A DNA stretch of 64,000 nt from an uncultured Chloroflexia bacterium (GCA_963843535.1 CAWJKU010000003.1:192156-256155), one strand, 5' to 3'. Counted from the stretch's first letter, positions 11,182 through 21,966 are shown. Notes: generated from the letters alone by a model not told the origin. Program-made: numbers and translations.

Positions 11182-11595
11182 CTACCAGACCTTGCAGAGG
11201 ATCTCGCCGCCCACATTCAGCTGGCGAGCCCGCTGCCCGGTCATGATGCCCTTGGGGGTTGACAGGATGGCAACGCCCATGCCCGACAGTACCCACGGGA
11301 TATCCTGCTTGTGAGTGTAAACCCGCCGGCCTGGCCGGCTGACACGCACAAGACCGGTGATGACGGGGCGGCGCTCGCGGCGTTCACCCACGTACTTCAA
11401 CTTTACACGCAGTATCCGCTCGAATGTTTTCTCGCCATCGGCCACTTCGAAGCTCTCGATGAAACCCTCTTCCCGCAGAATGCGAGCAATTTCGGCTTTG
11501 AGAGATGAAGATGGCATAGCCACCAGGGGTTGGCCAATGGACACAGCATTGCGGATGCGCGTCAACATATCTGAAATAGGATCATTCACGCTCAT
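11182..11595 (-). CDS. rpsH: 30S ribosomal protein S8 (uS8)
   Basis: MSVNDPISDMLTRIRNA... canonical S8 N-terminus. Confidence 0.97.
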   Translation of the reverse strand: MSVNDPISDMLTRIRNAVSIGQPLVAMPSSSLKAEIARILREEGFIESFEVADGEKTFERILRVKLKYVGERRERRPVITGLVRVSRPGRRVYTHKQDIPWVLSGMGVAILSTPKGIMTGQRARQLNVGGEILCKVW

Positions 11596-11612
11596 TCTTA
11601 ACCTCCACCAGG

Positions 11613-11795
11613 CTACCAGGATGACTTGGTCACACCGGGAATTTGCCCTTGCAGAGCTAACTCACGGAAGCAAATGCGGCAGAGACCAAAGCGGCGCATA
11701 AAGCCGCGCGGACGACCGCACAACCGGCAGCGATTGCGGACCTGGATGGCATATTTTCTCCGCTGTTCACGAAAAGTCATGCACTTCTTCGCCAT
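11613..11795 (-). CDS. rpsN: 30S ribosomal protein S14 type Z (Zn-ribbon, 60 aa)
   Basis: [15 protein letters not shown]...[28 protein letters not shown] with CxxC...CxxC. Confidence 0.95.
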   Translation of the reverse strand: MAKKCMTFREQRRKYAIQVRNRCRLCGRPRGFMRRFGLCRICFRELALQGQIPGVTKSSW

Positions 11796-11797
11796 AA

Positions 11798-12340
11798 TTA
11801 ACCCTTCCTGAATGGCATGCCGAGCATTTGCAGCATGGCAGCCGCCTGATCATCTGATGGAGCATTCGTCACGATCGTAATTTCCAAACCGCGGATTTTG
11901 TCGATCTTATCGTATTCGATTTCCGGAAAGATCAACTGTTCCCGCAAGCCCAGGGTGTAATTACCACGCCCATCAAAGGCATCCGGTGAGACCCCGCGGA
12001 AGTCACGCACCCGCGGCAGCACAATATTCATCAACCGGTCGAGGAAGGACCACATACGCTCGCCGCGCAGCGTGACCTTGGCGCCAATCGCGCGCCCTTC
12101 GCGCAACTTGAAGTTCGCGATGGACTTGCGGGCCTTGGTTACTACCGGTTTCTGACCACTGATCGCGGTCATATCGGCTACTGCGGCTTCGAGCGCCTTG
12201 GGGTTATCCATTGCTTCTCCCAGGCCAATGTTGACCACCACCTTCTTCGGAGAGGGAACCTGCATAATATTCTGCAGATCCAATTCCTTAAATAAGGCAG
12301 GGACAATTTCTTTTTGATATCGTTCTTTCAACCTGTTCAT
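11798..12340 (-). CDS. rplE: 50S ribosomal protein L5 (uL5)
   Basis: ORF trimmed to ATG 12340-12338 ([16 protein letters not shown]...). Contains VVNIGLGEA and LGMPF motifs. Confidence 0.95.
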   Translation of the reverse strand: MNRLKERYQKEIVPALFKELDLQNIMQVPSPKKVVVNIGLGEAMDNPKALEAAVADMTAISGQKPVVTKARKSIANFKLREGRAIGAKVTLRGERMWSFLDRLMNIVLPRVRDFRGVSPDAFDGRGNYTLGLREQLIFPEIEYDKIDKIRGLEITIVTNAPSDDQAAAMLQMLGMPFRKG

Positions 12341-12362
12341 TCGTATTTCGCTCCCAGGTCGC

Positions 12363-12695
12363 CTAGTCGTCAATCACAGCCTGGCACTTCTTGCAAACCC
12401 GTCTGGAAACCCCGTCTTCGCGAGACAGGCTTACACGGGCGGCTTTATTGCACTTCGGGCACACCAACATCACATTCGAAATGTGGATGGGGCCTTCAAA
12501 GCGCACCTTGCCGGGTGCCATTGTGCGATTTTGTGCCTGTACCTGGCGCTGGTGCTTGGTCCGGATATTAATTCCCTGGACCGTCACCACGCCATCTTCA
12601 GGATTTACGCGGATTACTTCACCGCGTTTGTGTTTGTCTTCCAGGCGCCCGCTGATTATTTCAACCTGGTCACCTTTGCGAATCTTGACATCCAT
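12363..12695 (-). CDS. rplX: 50S ribosomal protein L24 (uL24) with CxxC...CxxC C-terminal segment
   Basis: [16 protein letters not shown]...[26 protein letters not shown]...[12 protein letters not shown]. Confidence 0.95.
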   Translation of the reverse strand: MDVKIRKGDQVEIISGRLEDKHKRGEVIRVNPEDGVVTVQGINIRTKHQRQVQAQNRTMAPGKVRFEGPIHISNVMLVCPKCNKAARVSLSREDGVSRRVCKKCQAVIDD

Positions 12696-12718
12696 GGCTT
12701 CGCTCCTATCCTCTCTGC

Positions 12719-13090
12719 CTATATCACTTCCGGCGCGAGGGAAACAATTTTCATAAAACCTTTTTCACGCAGTTCGCGAGCCACCGGGCCAAAAATACGC
12801 GTGCCTTTGGGGTTCTGGCCATCGTTATCCAGGATCACGGCCGCATTATCATCAAAGCGGATGCTGGAACCATCGTCTCGCCGCCATTCCTTGGAAGTGC
12901 GCACAATCACCGCTTTGACAACTTCGCTCTTTTTCACCGAGCCTTGCGGAGCAGCCGATTTGACGGTAGCCACCACCACATCACCCACATGCCCATAACG
13001 TCGTGTTGAGCCGCCAATGACGTGAATGACCAGCAGCTCGCGCGCGCCGGTGTTATCGGCTACTTTTAAACGAGACTCTTGCTGAATCAT
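12719..13090 (-). CDS. rplN: 50S ribosomal protein L14 (uL14)
   Basis: [27 protein letters not shown]... canonical L14. Confidence 0.97.
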   Translation of the reverse strand: MIQQESRLKVADNTGARELLVIHVIGGSTRRYGHVGDVVVATVKSAAPQGSVKKSEVVKAVIVRTSKEWRRDDGSSIRFDDNAAVILDNDGQNPKGTRIFGPVARELREKGFMKIVSLAPEVI

Positions 13091-13093
13091 GGG

Positions 13094-13423
13094 TTATGCT
13101 CCCTGCTCTTCTTCAGTCACATCAGTCACATCTGGAACGTAAGGCGCCGCGACCAGCTCGTCAGCGGCAACTTCCGGTTCCACAGCTCGTTGGACAATTG
13201 ACTCGACCACAAAACGTGTTTGCGCTGAAAAAGGACGGCTTTCCACGATCTGTACCCTATCGCCAACTTCGCAGCCCAATTCATCATGGGCTTTGACCCT
13301 GTGCTGGGTGTGGACCACCTTGTGGTACAGCGGGTGTTGATAGGTCCGGCTGATCACAACCACAACGGTTTGCTGCATTTTGTTACTGGCGACCACGCCA
13401 GTTAACCTTCGCCGCTTGTTCAT
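13094..13423 (-). CDS. rpsQ: 30S ribosomal protein S17 (uS17) with acidic C-terminal extension
   Basis: ...LTGVVASNKMQQTVVVVISRTYQHPLYHKVV...KAHDE...GD.V.I.ESRP.S. Confidence 0.95.
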   Translation of the reverse strand: MNKRRRLTGVVASNKMQQTVVVVISRTYQHPLYHKVVHTQHRVKAHDELGCEVGDRVQIVESRPFSAQTRFVVESIVQRAVEPEVAADELVAAPYVPDVTDVTEEEQGA

Positions 13424-13635
13424 TATTTACCACCTTCCTGACCAATCCCTAATGCGCGTTCGTGCAGGATGGTCTCATATTTTGCTACCAGACGGCGGGT
13501 CTGCTTGAGACGGCTGGTGTCAGTCAGCTGGCCGGTGATGACCTGGAAACGCAGGTTCATTAATTCCTGCCGGGTGTCCGCCAACTTGGTCTTCAGTTCA
13601 GCATCACCAAGAAGTCGAATTTCTGACATTTTCAT
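13423..13635 (-). CDS. rpmC: 50S ribosomal protein L29 (uL29)
   Basis: 70 aa, ...[36 protein letters not shown]. Lies between rplP and rpsQ. Confidence 0.94.
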   Translation of the reverse strand: MKMSEIRLLGDAELKTKLADTRQELMNLRFQVITGQLTDTSRLKQTRRLVAKYETILHERALGIGQEGGK

Positions 13636-14084
13636 GCCGTTTCTCCTTGCGCAGCGCTTTCATGCGTTTCGAGCACATCATGCCGCGCGACCACTTTGGT
13701 CTGAATTGAGAACTTGTAAGCCGCCTGATTCAAGGCATCCAGGGCGATTTCACTGGGCAGGCCGCCTACTTCGAACATAATCCTACCAGGCCGCACAACC
13801 GCGACCCAGTATTCCACGCCGCCTTTACCTTTACCCATACGAGTCTCGGGGGGGCGGTGAGTATATGGCTTATCCGGGAAAATCCGGATCCAAACTTTCC
13901 CACGGCGCTTCATGATGCGCACCAGGGTGCGGCGGGCGGCTTCGATCTGCCGGGCAGAAACCCAACCGGGTTCCAATGCCTGCAGGCCGAATTCGCCGAA
14001 AGTCACTTCGGCGCCTCGCAAAGCCAGCCCAGTCATGCGACCGCGGTGCTGCTTGCGGTACTTGACACGCTTTGGCATCAACAT
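13632..14084 (-). CDS. rplP: 50S ribosomal protein L16 (uL16)
   Basis: [22 protein letters not shown]... canonical L16. Confidence 0.97.
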   Translation of the reverse strand: MLMPKRVKYRKQHRGRMTGLALRGAEVTFGEFGLQALEPGWVSARQIEAARRTLVRIMKRRGKVWIRIFPDKPYTHRPPETRMGKGKGGVEYWVAVVRPGRIMFEVGGLPSEIALDALNQAAYKFSIQTKVVARHDVLETHESAAQGETA

Positions 14085-14130
14085 GGCTGCTACCTCTTTC
14101 GTACCACCAGGTTTTCACCCGGCGGGATAT

Positions 14131-14808
14131 TTACTCGCTAACGTACACGCCTTCAGTGGGTTGGGCTTGCTCTTCCACTTCGCGCAGTACTTCGCCCTTA
14201 TAAACCCACACCTTGATCCCAATCTGGCCGTAGGTGGTCAGGGCTGAGGTGCGAGCGAAATCCATGTCGGCGCGCAGGGTTTGCAGGGGAACTCGACCTT
14301 CGCGCAGCCAGACAGTGCGGGCCATTTCAGCACCGCTTAAGCGACCGGCAACCTGAATACGGATGCCCTGGGCGCCCTGGCGCTGTGCCTGTTGGATCGC
14401 CCGCTTCATTGCACGGCGGTAAGATACGCGCCGTTGAATCTGCCCGGCGATATTCGTGGCGATCAACCAGGCATCGGTATCGGGGGTCTTAATCTCTTTA
14501 ATTTCGAGATCAATTTTCTTTCCGGTCAGTGCTTCCAGATTCTGGCGAATCACTTTGACCGTCTCGCCTTTACGACCGATTAAAATACCGGGTTTAGCGG
14601 TATGAACAACCACTTTCACCTTACCGGGGTAGCGCTCCACTTCCACCTGTGAAACGCCGGCTTTCTCGGCATCCTTATGGATCATATTGCGGATGGCAAA
14701 ATCCTGGTGAAGCTGGTCAGTATATTCTGTACCTTCGGCATACCATCGCCCCATCCAGGGTTGATTGATGCCCAGACGAAAACCTATCGGGTGAACTTTT
14801 CTACCCAT
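14131..14808 (-). CDS. rpsC: 30S ribosomal protein S3 (uS3)
   Basis: MGRKVHPIGFRLGINQPW...KH domain ILIGRKGETV. Confidence 0.97.
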   Translation of the reverse strand: MGRKVHPIGFRLGINQPWMGRWYAEGTEYTDQLHQDFAIRNMIHKDAEKAGVSQVEVERYPGKVKVVVHTAKPGILIGRKGETVKVIRQNLEALTGKKIDLEIKEIKTPDTDAWLIATNIAGQIQRRVSYRRAMKRAIQQAQRQGAQGIRIQVAGRLSGAEMARTVWLREGRVPLQTLRADMDFARTSALTTYGQIGIKVWVYKGEVLREVEEQAQPTEGVYVSE

Positions 14809-14866
14809 ATGCTCTCCTGCTTTCTCATGCGAAATCTATCTCGGTCGATCTGGTTATCGCCATCAG

Positions 14867-15208
14867 TTACTCGCGCTCGCGCAGCACAATTGTGATGTGC
14901 GAAGCCCGGCGCAGCAACGGTTTGAAACGGCCGCGGGCGCCAAACCTGCGCCACTTGCGCGTCGGCGCCTCATCAGCGGTGATCCGGTAAACAACCAGGT
15001 CGTCGCGGCTTACACCAAAGTTTTCTTCGGCATTGGCAACGGCCGAGACCAATAGCTTGCGTACATGGTGTGCAGCGATCTTCGGCGTAAACTGCAGGGT
15101 ATTCAGCGCCTGCACTGCAGGTTTGCCGCGCACCAGGTCAATCACCAGGCGAACCTTCTGGGCTGAAACGCCGCAGAAACTTAATTGAGCTCGAATATCA
15201 GTTGCCAT
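14867..15208 (-). CDS. rplV: 50S ribosomal protein L22 (uL22)
   Basis: 113 aa, ...SAQKVRLVIDLVRGKPAVQALNTLQFTPK.AA. Confidence 0.95.
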   Translation of the reverse strand: MATDIRAQLSFCGVSAQKVRLVIDLVRGKPAVQALNTLQFTPKIAAHHVRKLLVSAVANAEENFGVSRDDLVVYRITADEAPTRKWRRFGARGRFKPLLRRASHITIVLRERE

Positions 15209-15211
15209 GGC

Positions 15212-15493
15212 TTATTTAACCTTCGCAGATGACTTCTCAGCCATATGACCGCGGAAATGGCGGGTCGGAGCGAATTCGCCCAGACGGTGGCCGATCATGT
15301 TCTCGGTGATATAGATCGGAACATGGCGGCGGCCATCATGCACGGCAATCGTATGGCCCAAAAGCTGGGGAAAAATCGTCGAAGCCCGGCTCCAGGTGCG
15401 AATCACTTTCTTGTCACCCTTTGCGTTCATCGCTTCGATTTTCTTCAGAAGCTTTGGTTCAATAAATGGTCCCTTTTTCAGCGAACGTGACAT
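15212..15493 (-). CDS. rpsS: 30S ribosomal protein S19 (uS19)
   Basis: [20 protein letters not shown]...[27 protein letters not shown]. Confidence 0.97.
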   Translation of the reverse strand: MSRSLKKGPFIEPKLLKKIEAMNAKGDKKVIRTWSRASTIFPQLLGHTIAVHDGRRHVPIYITENMIGHRLGEFAPTRHFRGHMAEKSSAKVK

Positions 15494-15535
15494 ATTATCG
15501 TCCCTCTTTCTCGCTTATTGGCTCAGTAACTTGCA

Positions 15536-16375
15536 TTACCGGCCGCTCCCCGCGTTGCGTCGGCGGATAATATACTGATCCGTCTTCTTATTCTTACGGG
15601 TCTTATAGCCCATTGTGGGTTTACCCCACGGGCTCTTCGGGCTGGGCATACCAATCGGCTGCCGGCCTTCGCCACCACCATGCGGGTGGTCGCGCGGGCT
15701 CATTGCTGAACCGCGCACGGTCGGGCGGATACCCATATTGCGCTTACGGCCAGCCTTGCCCAACTTGATATTGCTGTGATCCAGGTTGCCCACCTGGCCG
15801 ATGGTTGCATAGCACACCTGCCGGACAAGGCGAACCTCGCCGGAAGGCAGGCGGACCTGGGCATACTCGCCTTCTTTCGCCAGCAGTTGAGCCGCGGTTC
15901 CAGCAGCACGCGCCAACTGGCCGCCCTTATTCGCCTGCAGCTCCACGTTGTGGATCAAGGTGCCGACCGGAATATTGGCCAGAGGCAGGTTGTTCCCGGG
16001 ACGAATATCGGCTGTGGGTCCAGAAACGACCGTGTCGCCGACTTTCAAACCCAGGGGGGCCACAATGTAGCGCTTTTCGCCATCGGCATAAGATAACAGG
16101 GCCAGGCGAGCCGTGCGAATCGGGTCGTACTCAATCGCCGTTACCTTCGCGGGGATGTCGCGTTTTTCACGTTTGAAATCAACCATGCGAACGTACTGGC
16201 GCGATCCACCACCTTGGTGCCGCACTGTGATCCGGCCGTAGCTGTTGCGCCCGGCCATGCGGCGGCGGATCACGATCAAAGACTTCTCGGGCTTAGATTT
16301 CGTGATCTCTTCAAAGGTATATCCAGTCATGCCGCGCAGACTGGGGGTTACTGGTTTATAAATCTTGACGGCCAT
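15536..16375 (-). CDS. rplB: 50S ribosomal protein L2 (uL2)
   Basis: [15 protein letters not shown]...[18 protein letters not shown]. Confidence 0.98.
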   Translation of the reverse strand: MAVKIYKPVTPSLRGMTGYTFEEITKSKPEKSLIVIRRRMAGRNSYGRITVRHQGGGSRQYVRMVDFKREKRDIPAKVTAIEYDPIRTARLALLSYADGEKRYIVAPLGLKVGDTVVSGPTADIRPGNNLPLANIPVGTLIHNVELQANKGGQLARAAGTAAQLLAKEGEYAQVRLPSGEVRLVRQVCYATIGQVGNLDHSNIKLGKAGRKRNMGIRPTVRGSAMSPRDHPHGGGEGRQPIGMPSPKSPWGKPTMGYKTRKNKKTDQYIIRRRNAGSGR

Positions 16376-16677
16376 TACTCCACCCCTTCAAAGAATGGGA
16401 TCCGATCTTCGGCTGCCAGCGTGACAATTGCTTTCTTGAAACCGCTGTCTCGCACCGCTAATCGGCGGCTTTTCGCCCGGCGAGTTCGTTTGGCCGGAAC
16501 ATTGATCACGTTCACCCGCAAAACCGTTACGTCAAACAGGGTTTCAACGGCATCCTTCACCAGGGTTCGGGTGGCATCACTGGCCACTTCAAAAACGAAT
16601 TGGTGCAGGCGATTGTTGAGATAATTCGACTTTTCGGTCACCAGCGGGCGGTGGAGAACATCATAAATCGTAGACAT
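16375..16677 (-). CDS. rplW: 50S ribosomal protein L23 (uL23)
   Basis: ORF trimmed to ATG 16677-16675 ([17 protein letters not shown]...). Lies between rplD and rplB. Confidence 0.94.
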   Translation of the reverse strand: MSTIYDVLHRPLVTEKSNYLNNRLHQFVFEVASDATRTLVKDAVETLFDVTVLRVNVINVPAKRTRRAKSRRLAVRDSGFKKAIVTLAAEDRIPFFEGVE

Positions 16678-16678
16678 G

Positions 16679-17317
16679 TTATCCTCCTGCCTGACCCAGG
16701 TGGGCCTTAATCGCATCCAGGGCTGAGAGGGGCAGAACCAGCTTTTCGAAGGTCAGCAAGTCCCGGATGTTGAGATAACTCGCCAGCATAATTTTTGCAT
16801 CCGGAATGTTATTCGTCGAGCGGATCACGCCTTCATAGGCAGCCTTTTCGGGAATAAGCACCAGCGCACTGGATTCGCCAACCAGACTGTTTAAAGCTGC
16901 AGCCATCAGGCGAGTTTTCGGCTCAACCAGAGCCAGCTCATCGACCACAACCACGCATTCCTCGGCAGCTTTCACCGAAAGCGCTGAACGCAGGGCAGTC
17001 TGGCGCATTTTTCGCGGCATCGACAGTGTATAGCCATGCGGGTGCGGGGTATGCACACCACCACCGCCCTTCCAGTGAGGAGCGCGGGTTGAACCCTGGC
17101 GGGCGCGCCCGGTGCCTTTTTGCTTCCAGGGCTTGCGGCCGCCGCCAGCAACATCGCTGCGCGTCTTGGTCTGATGCGTACCCAGGCGCGCATTAGCCAT
17201 CTGGCGTACGTAAGCCTGGTGCATTAAGTCAATATAAATTGGGGCTTCAAAAATCCCAGCGGGAAGCTCAACCGTGCTGACCTTCACGCCTTCCATGTTA
17301 AGAACATCCACTTCCAT
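16679..17317 (-). CDS. rplD: 50S ribosomal protein L4 (uL4)
   Basis: 212 aa, ...GGGRKPWKQKGTGRARQGSTRAPHW.GGG L4 signature. Confidence 0.96.
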   Translation of the reverse strand: MEVDVLNMEGVKVSTVELPAGIFEAPIYIDLMHQAYVRQMANARLGTHQTKTRSDVAGGGRKPWKQKGTGRARQGSTRAPHWKGGGGVHTPHPHGYTLSMPRKMRQTALRSALSVKAAEECVVVVDELALVEPKTRLMAAALNSLVGESSALVLIPEKAAYEGVIRSTNNIPDAKIMLASYLNIRDLLTFEKLVLPLSALDAIKAHLGQAGG

Positions 17318-17363
17318 TTTTCCATCGCTCCTTGTGCTGAACAGCAGTCTCAGGCAAGCCTGA

Positions 17364-17993
17364 TTACTGCTTTCGAGCCTCGTTGATCAGCACCAGACCG
17401 CCCTTCGCACCGGGGACAGCACCGCGCACACCTAACAGATGGCGCTCTGCATCCACCAGCACGACTTTAAGGCTCTGCGATGTAACCCGGTCACTGCCCA
17501 TGTGACCTGGTCCGCGAGAACCTTTATAGACGCGTCCTGGGGTTGTTGTGGAACTGCGCGAGCCAGGACCGCGTTCACGGTCTGACTGGCCGTGCGTGCG
17601 AGGACCACCACGGAAGTGGTAGCGTTTCACGCCACCCTGGAACCCTTTGCCTTTGCTGACGCCGACAACATCAACTTTCTCCCCCACAGTAAAAACAGAA
17701 ACGTTTACCGTTTCCCCTTCTTTTACCTGTGGATCCTTGGCGCGAAATTCGCGGATAAAACGGAGTGGGGGCAGACTGTTACGCTTGAGGTGCCCCATCT
17801 CGCCGCCGGTCAGACGCTTAGGCTTCACTTCATCGAAACCCAGTTGAACCGCCTGATAGCCGTCAGTTTCGGCTGTGCGCACCTGGGTAACGAAACATGG
17901 CCCAGCTTCGATGAGTGTTATCGGGATTGCAACACCGTCCACGTCGAAAATCTGGGTCATGCCGACTTTCTTGCCAATGAGCCCTTTAAACAT
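17364..17993 (-). CDS. rplC: 50S ribosomal protein L3 (uL3)
   Basis: MFKGLIGKKVGMTQIFD... Start set at ATG 17993 (AAGGAG 9 nt upstream) rather than ATG 18011, which lacks an SD. Confidence 0.94.
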   Translation of the reverse strand: MFKGLIGKKVGMTQIFDVDGVAIPITLIEAGPCFVTQVRTAETDGYQAVQLGFDEVKPKRLTGGEMGHLKRNSLPPLRFIREFRAKDPQVKEGETVNVSVFTVGEKVDVVGVSKGKGFQGGVKRYHFRGGPRTHGQSDRERGPGSRSSTTTPGRVYKGSRGPGHMGSDRVTSQSLKVVLVDAERHLLGVRGAVPGAKGGLVLINEARKQ

Positions 17994-18207
17994 CTCGATT
18001 GTCTCCTTCATAAAATATTTCCGGGACTGTCAGCCTGGGCTTGGCTGCATCATCCCTGTCCGCAGCGCAGTCAGCTGCCGGGGCGAGGCTCAAATATTTT
18101 TTCAGCCCGCCGTGAGACTGCTCTTACGCTGCCTGTTTACCTGTCTTTCGACCGCAAACCTGTCAATGTTACCACTAACCTGGATTAATGTCCAGAGTAA
18201 GTCGTAG

Positions 18208-18261
18208 ATTGGCAGTTGACACAAAGCAGATACGATCATCCACCCTCTGTCAACTGCCAAT
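18208..18261 (-). repeat. Perfect 14-bp inverted repeat (stem-loop) in the rpsJ-rplC spacer
   Basis: attggcagttgaca (18208-18221) and tgtcaactgccaat (18248-18261) are exact reverse complements separated by 26 nt. Confidence 0.85.
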
Positions 18262-18273
18262 CCGCTATCAAAG

Positions 18274-18582
18274 TTAGATCTTGATTTCGATGTCCACCCC
18301 AGCCGGCAGGCTGAGACGCATTAACATATCGATTGTCTTGGAATCAGGTTCCAATACATCGATCAACCGGTTATGCGTACGAATCTCGAAATGCTCGTGA
18401 GAATCCTTGTCAATAAAGGCCGAGCGTCGAACGGTAAACCGCTCCACCTTGGTAGGCAGCGGAACCGGGCCAACAACCTGGGCGCCGCTGCGCTCAGCAG
18501 TTTCGACAATCCGTTTGGCGGATTGATCGAGAACTCGATGATCATATGCTTTCAGGCGAATGCGTATTTTCTGCTTAGCCAT
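18274..18582 (-). CDS. rpsJ: 30S ribosomal protein S10 (uS10)
   Basis: [29 protein letters not shown]...canonical S10. Starts 9 nt after the tuf stop. Confidence 0.97.
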   Translation of the reverse strand: MAKQKIRIRLKAYDHRVLDQSAKRIVETAERSGAQVVGPVPLPTKVERFTVRRSAFIDKDSHEHFEIRTHNRLIDVLEPDSKTIDMLMRLSLPAGVDIEIKI

Positions 18583-18591
18583 TTTTTCTGC

Positions 18592-19794
18592 CTAGTCGAG
18601 AATCTTGGTGATCACGCCGGCGCCAACCGTCAGACCACCTTCGCGAATTGCAAACTTTGAGCCCTGCTCCAACGCCACCGGGATGATCAATTCCACCGTC
18701 AGGTTCACGTTGTCGCCGGGCATCACCATTTCCACATCCTTGGGCAGCGTGATCGAGCCCGTTACGTCCATCGTGCGGATGTAGAACTGCGGCCGGTAGC
18801 CGTTGAAAAACGCCTTGTGCCGCCCGCCTTCTTCCTTCTTCAGCACGTACACTTCACTCAAAAACTTCTTGTGCGGCGTGATCGACCCCGGTTTGGCGAT
18901 CACCTGCCCGCGCTCCACGTCCGCGCGCTCGATCCCGCGCAGCAGCAGCCCCAGGTTGTCTCCCGCCATCCCCTCGTCCAACAGCTTGTGGAACATCTCC
19001 ACACCCGTCACCACCGAGTTCCGGCTCTTTTCCTGCAGCCCGACGATCTCCACCGGCTCGCCTACCTTGATCTTGCCCCGGTCCACGCGCCCCGTCACCA
19101 CCGTCCCCCGCCCTTTGATCGAGAACACGTCTTCCACCGGCATCATGAACGGCAGTTCCACCAACCGCTTCGGCTCCGGAATGTATTCATCCACCACCCG
19201 CAGCAGCTCTTTGATCGATTCGTACTCCGGCGCATTCGGGTCCGTCGACGTGCTCTCGTTCGCCTGCAGCGCCGACCCGCGCACTATCGGGATCGTATCC
19301 CCGGGATACCCGTACCCGCTCAGCATCTCCCGCAGCTCCAGCTCCACCAGCTCCAACAGCTCCGGATCGTTCATCTGGTCGATCTTGTTCAGGTACACCA
19401 CGATGCTCGGCACTTCCACCTGCCGCGCTAACAGCACATGCTCTTTCGTCTGCGGCATCGGCCCATCCGGCGCCGCGACCACCAGAATCGCCCCGTCTAC
19501 CTGCGCCGCCCCCGTGATCATGTTCTTGATGTAATCCCGGTGACCAGGCATGTCTACATGCGCGTAGTGCCGCTTGTCCGTCTCGTATTCGACGTGCGCT
19601 ATGTTGATCGTGATCCCGCGCGCTTTCTCTTCCGGCGCGTTGTCGATCTGATCGTATGCCTTGTACGTGCCGTGCCCTTTCAGCGCGCAGTACTTCGTGA
19701 TCGCTGCCGTCAGCGTCGTCTTCCCGTGGTCGATGTGTCCCATCGTCCCTACGTTCAAATGCGGTTTGCTTCGGTCAAATTTCTGCTTTGCCAT
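18592..19794 (-). CDS. tuf: Elongation factor Tu
   Basis: 400 aa, [33 protein letters not shown]-motifs. Note DMPGHRDY in place of the usual DCPGHADY, and strongly NNG-biased codons. Confidence 0.97.
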   Translation of the reverse strand: MAKQKFDRSKPHLNVGTMGHIDHGKTTLTAAITKYCALKGHGTYKAYDQIDNAPEEKARGITINIAHVEYETDKRHYAHVDMPGHRDYIKNMITGAAQVDGAILVVAAPDGPMPQTKEHVLLARQVEVPSIVVYLNKIDQMNDPELLELVELELREMLSGYGYPGDTIPIVRGSALQANESTSTDPNAPEYESIKELLRVVDEYIPEPKRLVELPFMMPVEDVFSIKGRGTVVTGRVDRGKIKVGEPVEIVGLQEKSRNSVVTGVEMFHKLLDEGMAGDNLGLLLRGIERADVERGQVIAKPGSITPHKKFLSEVYVLKKEEGGRHKAFFNGYRPQFYIRTMDVTGSITLPKDVEMVMPGDNVNLTVELIIPVALEQGSKFAIREGGLTVGAGVITKILD

Positions 19795-19848
19795 AAGATC
19801 GAACTCTCCTTTAGAAAAATTCCAAGGTTGCGGTTAGTAAATAATTCC

Positions 19849-21921
19849 TTAACTTTTTAATATCTTTTCGGCTACTGCCGCAGGCACCGGGGCGTAGTGG
19901 TCAAACTCCATCGAAAACACACCGCGTCCCTGGGTGATCGATCGCAGCACCGTTGCGTAGCCAAACATTTCCGCCATGGGCACTAGCGCCTTAGCGGCCT
20001 GGGCATTTCCAGGACGCATTTCCATCCCCTGGATTAATGCGCGCCGCGCGTTCAACTGCCCCAACACATCGCCCAGGAATTGATCCGAGACGATAACTTC
20101 AACCTTCATAATCGGTTCCAGTAATACTGGCGCTCCCTTTTGGAAACCTTCCTTAAATGCCAGGCTGGCAGCCACTTTGAAGGCCATTTCATTCGAGTCG
20201 ACTTCGTGGTACGATCCGTCGATCAGGGTCACCTTGAGGTCTGTAACCGGGTACCCCGCCAAAACACCGCTTTCAGCCGATTCACGAACGCCTTTCTCCA
20301 CCGCGGGAATATATTCCATCGGGATTGAGCCGCCAGTAATTTTGTTTTCAAACACGATCCCGTTGCCCCGGTCAAGCGGCGCCATGGCGATCACCACATG
20401 GCCGTATTGGCCCCGGCCGCCAGATTGCCGGGCGTACTTATAATTGACTTTTTCAACCGGGCGGGTGATGGTTTCGCGGTAAGACACCCGTGGGCGTCCC
20501 ACATTGGCCTGAACGCGGAATTCACGCAGCATGCGGTCGACCAGAACATCCAGGTGCAGCTCACCCATCCCCGAAATAATGGTTTGCCCGGTAGCTTCGT
20601 CAAAATGCACGCGGAAGGTTGGGTCTTCTTCCGAAAGCTTGCGCAGGGCATCGCCCATCCTATCTTGATCAGCAGAGGTCTTGGGTTCAATTGCCACGGA
20701 AATAACCGGTTCAGGGAATGTGATGCGCTCCAGGACCATCCTATGCTGTGCATCGCACAGCGTGTCACCGGTAAAGCTTTCTTTTAATCCCAGAACGGCA
20801 GCGATATCACCCGCATGGACCTCGGTAATATCTTCGCGGCGATCAGCATACATGCGCAGCAAGCGTCCAATCCGTTCACGTTTTCCCTTGAGCGGGTTGT
20901 ATGCCATCATACCGGTCGCCAACGTTCCTGAATAAACCCTGAAGTATGATAGACGGCCAACGTAAGGATCGGTTACGATCTTAAATACCAGGGCGCTGAG
21001 CGGTTCATCATCCTCGGCTGCAAATTCTACCAGATCATTCGAGTCGGGATCGATCCCGCGCACCGGCGGGATATCCGCGGGGGAAGGGAGGTAATCGATC
21101 ACAGCGTCCAGCACATTCTGCACGCCCTTATTGCGTAGGGCAGAGCCGCAAAAAACCGGTGTGGCTTGATTGGCGATGACCGCCTTGCGCAGACCGGCTT
21201 TCAACTCATCGATTGAAATTTCATCGCCTTCCAGGAATTTGACCGTTAACCCATCGTCAAATTCGGCGATTCGTTCTACCAGGGTGGCTCGCATTTCCTT
21301 GGCCTGTTCCTCAAGGTCTGCCGGAACAGGGCCAAAGCTCATCTCCTTGCCCAACTCATCTTCCCAGTAGATCGCCTGCATCGTCAGCAAGTCGACCACA
21401 CCTTTAAAATTTTGTTCGTTGCCAATCGGCAGCTGCATGGCAAGTGGACGCGCGCCTAAACGCTGCCGGATGGAATCGATGGTCATCTCATAGGATGCGC
21501 CAAGCCGGTCCATCTTATTGGCGAAGCAGATTCGCGGGACTTGATAACGATCAGCCTGACGCCAGACGGTTTCGCTCTGAGGCTCAACACCCTGGGTCGA
21601 GTCAAATACCACGACCCCACCATCCAGAACGCGTAAACTGCGCTGAACTTCTGCGGTGAAATCGATATGTCCGGGAGTATCGATCAAATTGATCTGGTAT
21701 CCCTTCCATTCCGCCGTCACCGCCGCAGAAACGATGGTGATGCCGCGTTCGCGTTCCTGGACCATCCAATCCGTCACAGTAGTACCGTCATCGACCGACC
21801 CTATGCGATAGGTTTTGCCTGTATAAAACAAAATCCGCTCGGTCGTCGTGGTTTTACCAGCGTCGATATGAGCAATAATGCCGATATTTCGGTACTTCTC
21901 TAACGGAAAATTACGGGCCAT
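19849..21921 (-). CDS. fusA: Elongation factor G
   Basis: 690 aa, [33 protein letters not shown]. Confidence 0.97.
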   Translation of the reverse strand: MARNFPLEKYRNIGIIAHIDAGKTTTTERILFYTGKTYRIGSVDDGTTVTDWMVQERERGITIVSAAVTAEWKGYQINLIDTPGHIDFTAEVQRSLRVLDGGVVVFDSTQGVEPQSETVWRQADRYQVPRICFANKMDRLGASYEMTIDSIRQRLGARPLAMQLPIGNEQNFKGVVDLLTMQAIYWEDELGKEMSFGPVPADLEEQAKEMRATLVERIAEFDDGLTVKFLEGDEISIDELKAGLRKAVIANQATPVFCGSALRNKGVQNVLDAVIDYLPSPADIPPVRGIDPDSNDLVEFAAEDDEPLSALVFKIVTDPYVGRLSYFRVYSGTLATGMMAYNPLKGKRERIGRLLRMYADRREDITEVHAGDIAAVLGLKESFTGDTLCDAQHRMVLERITFPEPVISVAIEPKTSADQDRMGDALRKLSEEDPTFRVHFDEATGQTIISGMGELHLDVLVDRMLREFRVQANVGRPRVSYRETITRPVEKVNYKYARQSGGRGQYGHVVIAMAPLDRGNGIVFENKITGGSIPMEYIPAVEKGVRESAESGVLAGYPVTDLKVTLIDGSYHEVDSNEMAFKVAASLAFKEGFQKGAPVLLEPIMKVEVIVSDQFLGDVLGQLNARRALIQGMEMRPGNAQAAKALVPMAEMFGYATVLRSITQGRGVFSMEFDHYAPVPAAVAEKILKS

Positions 21922-21966
21922 CTCGCTACCTGAGGTCTCTGCCTTTAATGATAGAATCTGATGCGT

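Noticed and set aside
18803-19534. 243-aa and 204-aa plus-strand ORFs (and 19438-19860) antisense to tuf
   Set aside because: They lie fully inside the strongly supported tuf CDS. Their products are Ser/Thr/Pro/Arg-rich and low-complexity. They stay open because the NNG codon bias of tuf removes antisense stops. They are a symptom of the codon anomaly, not genes.
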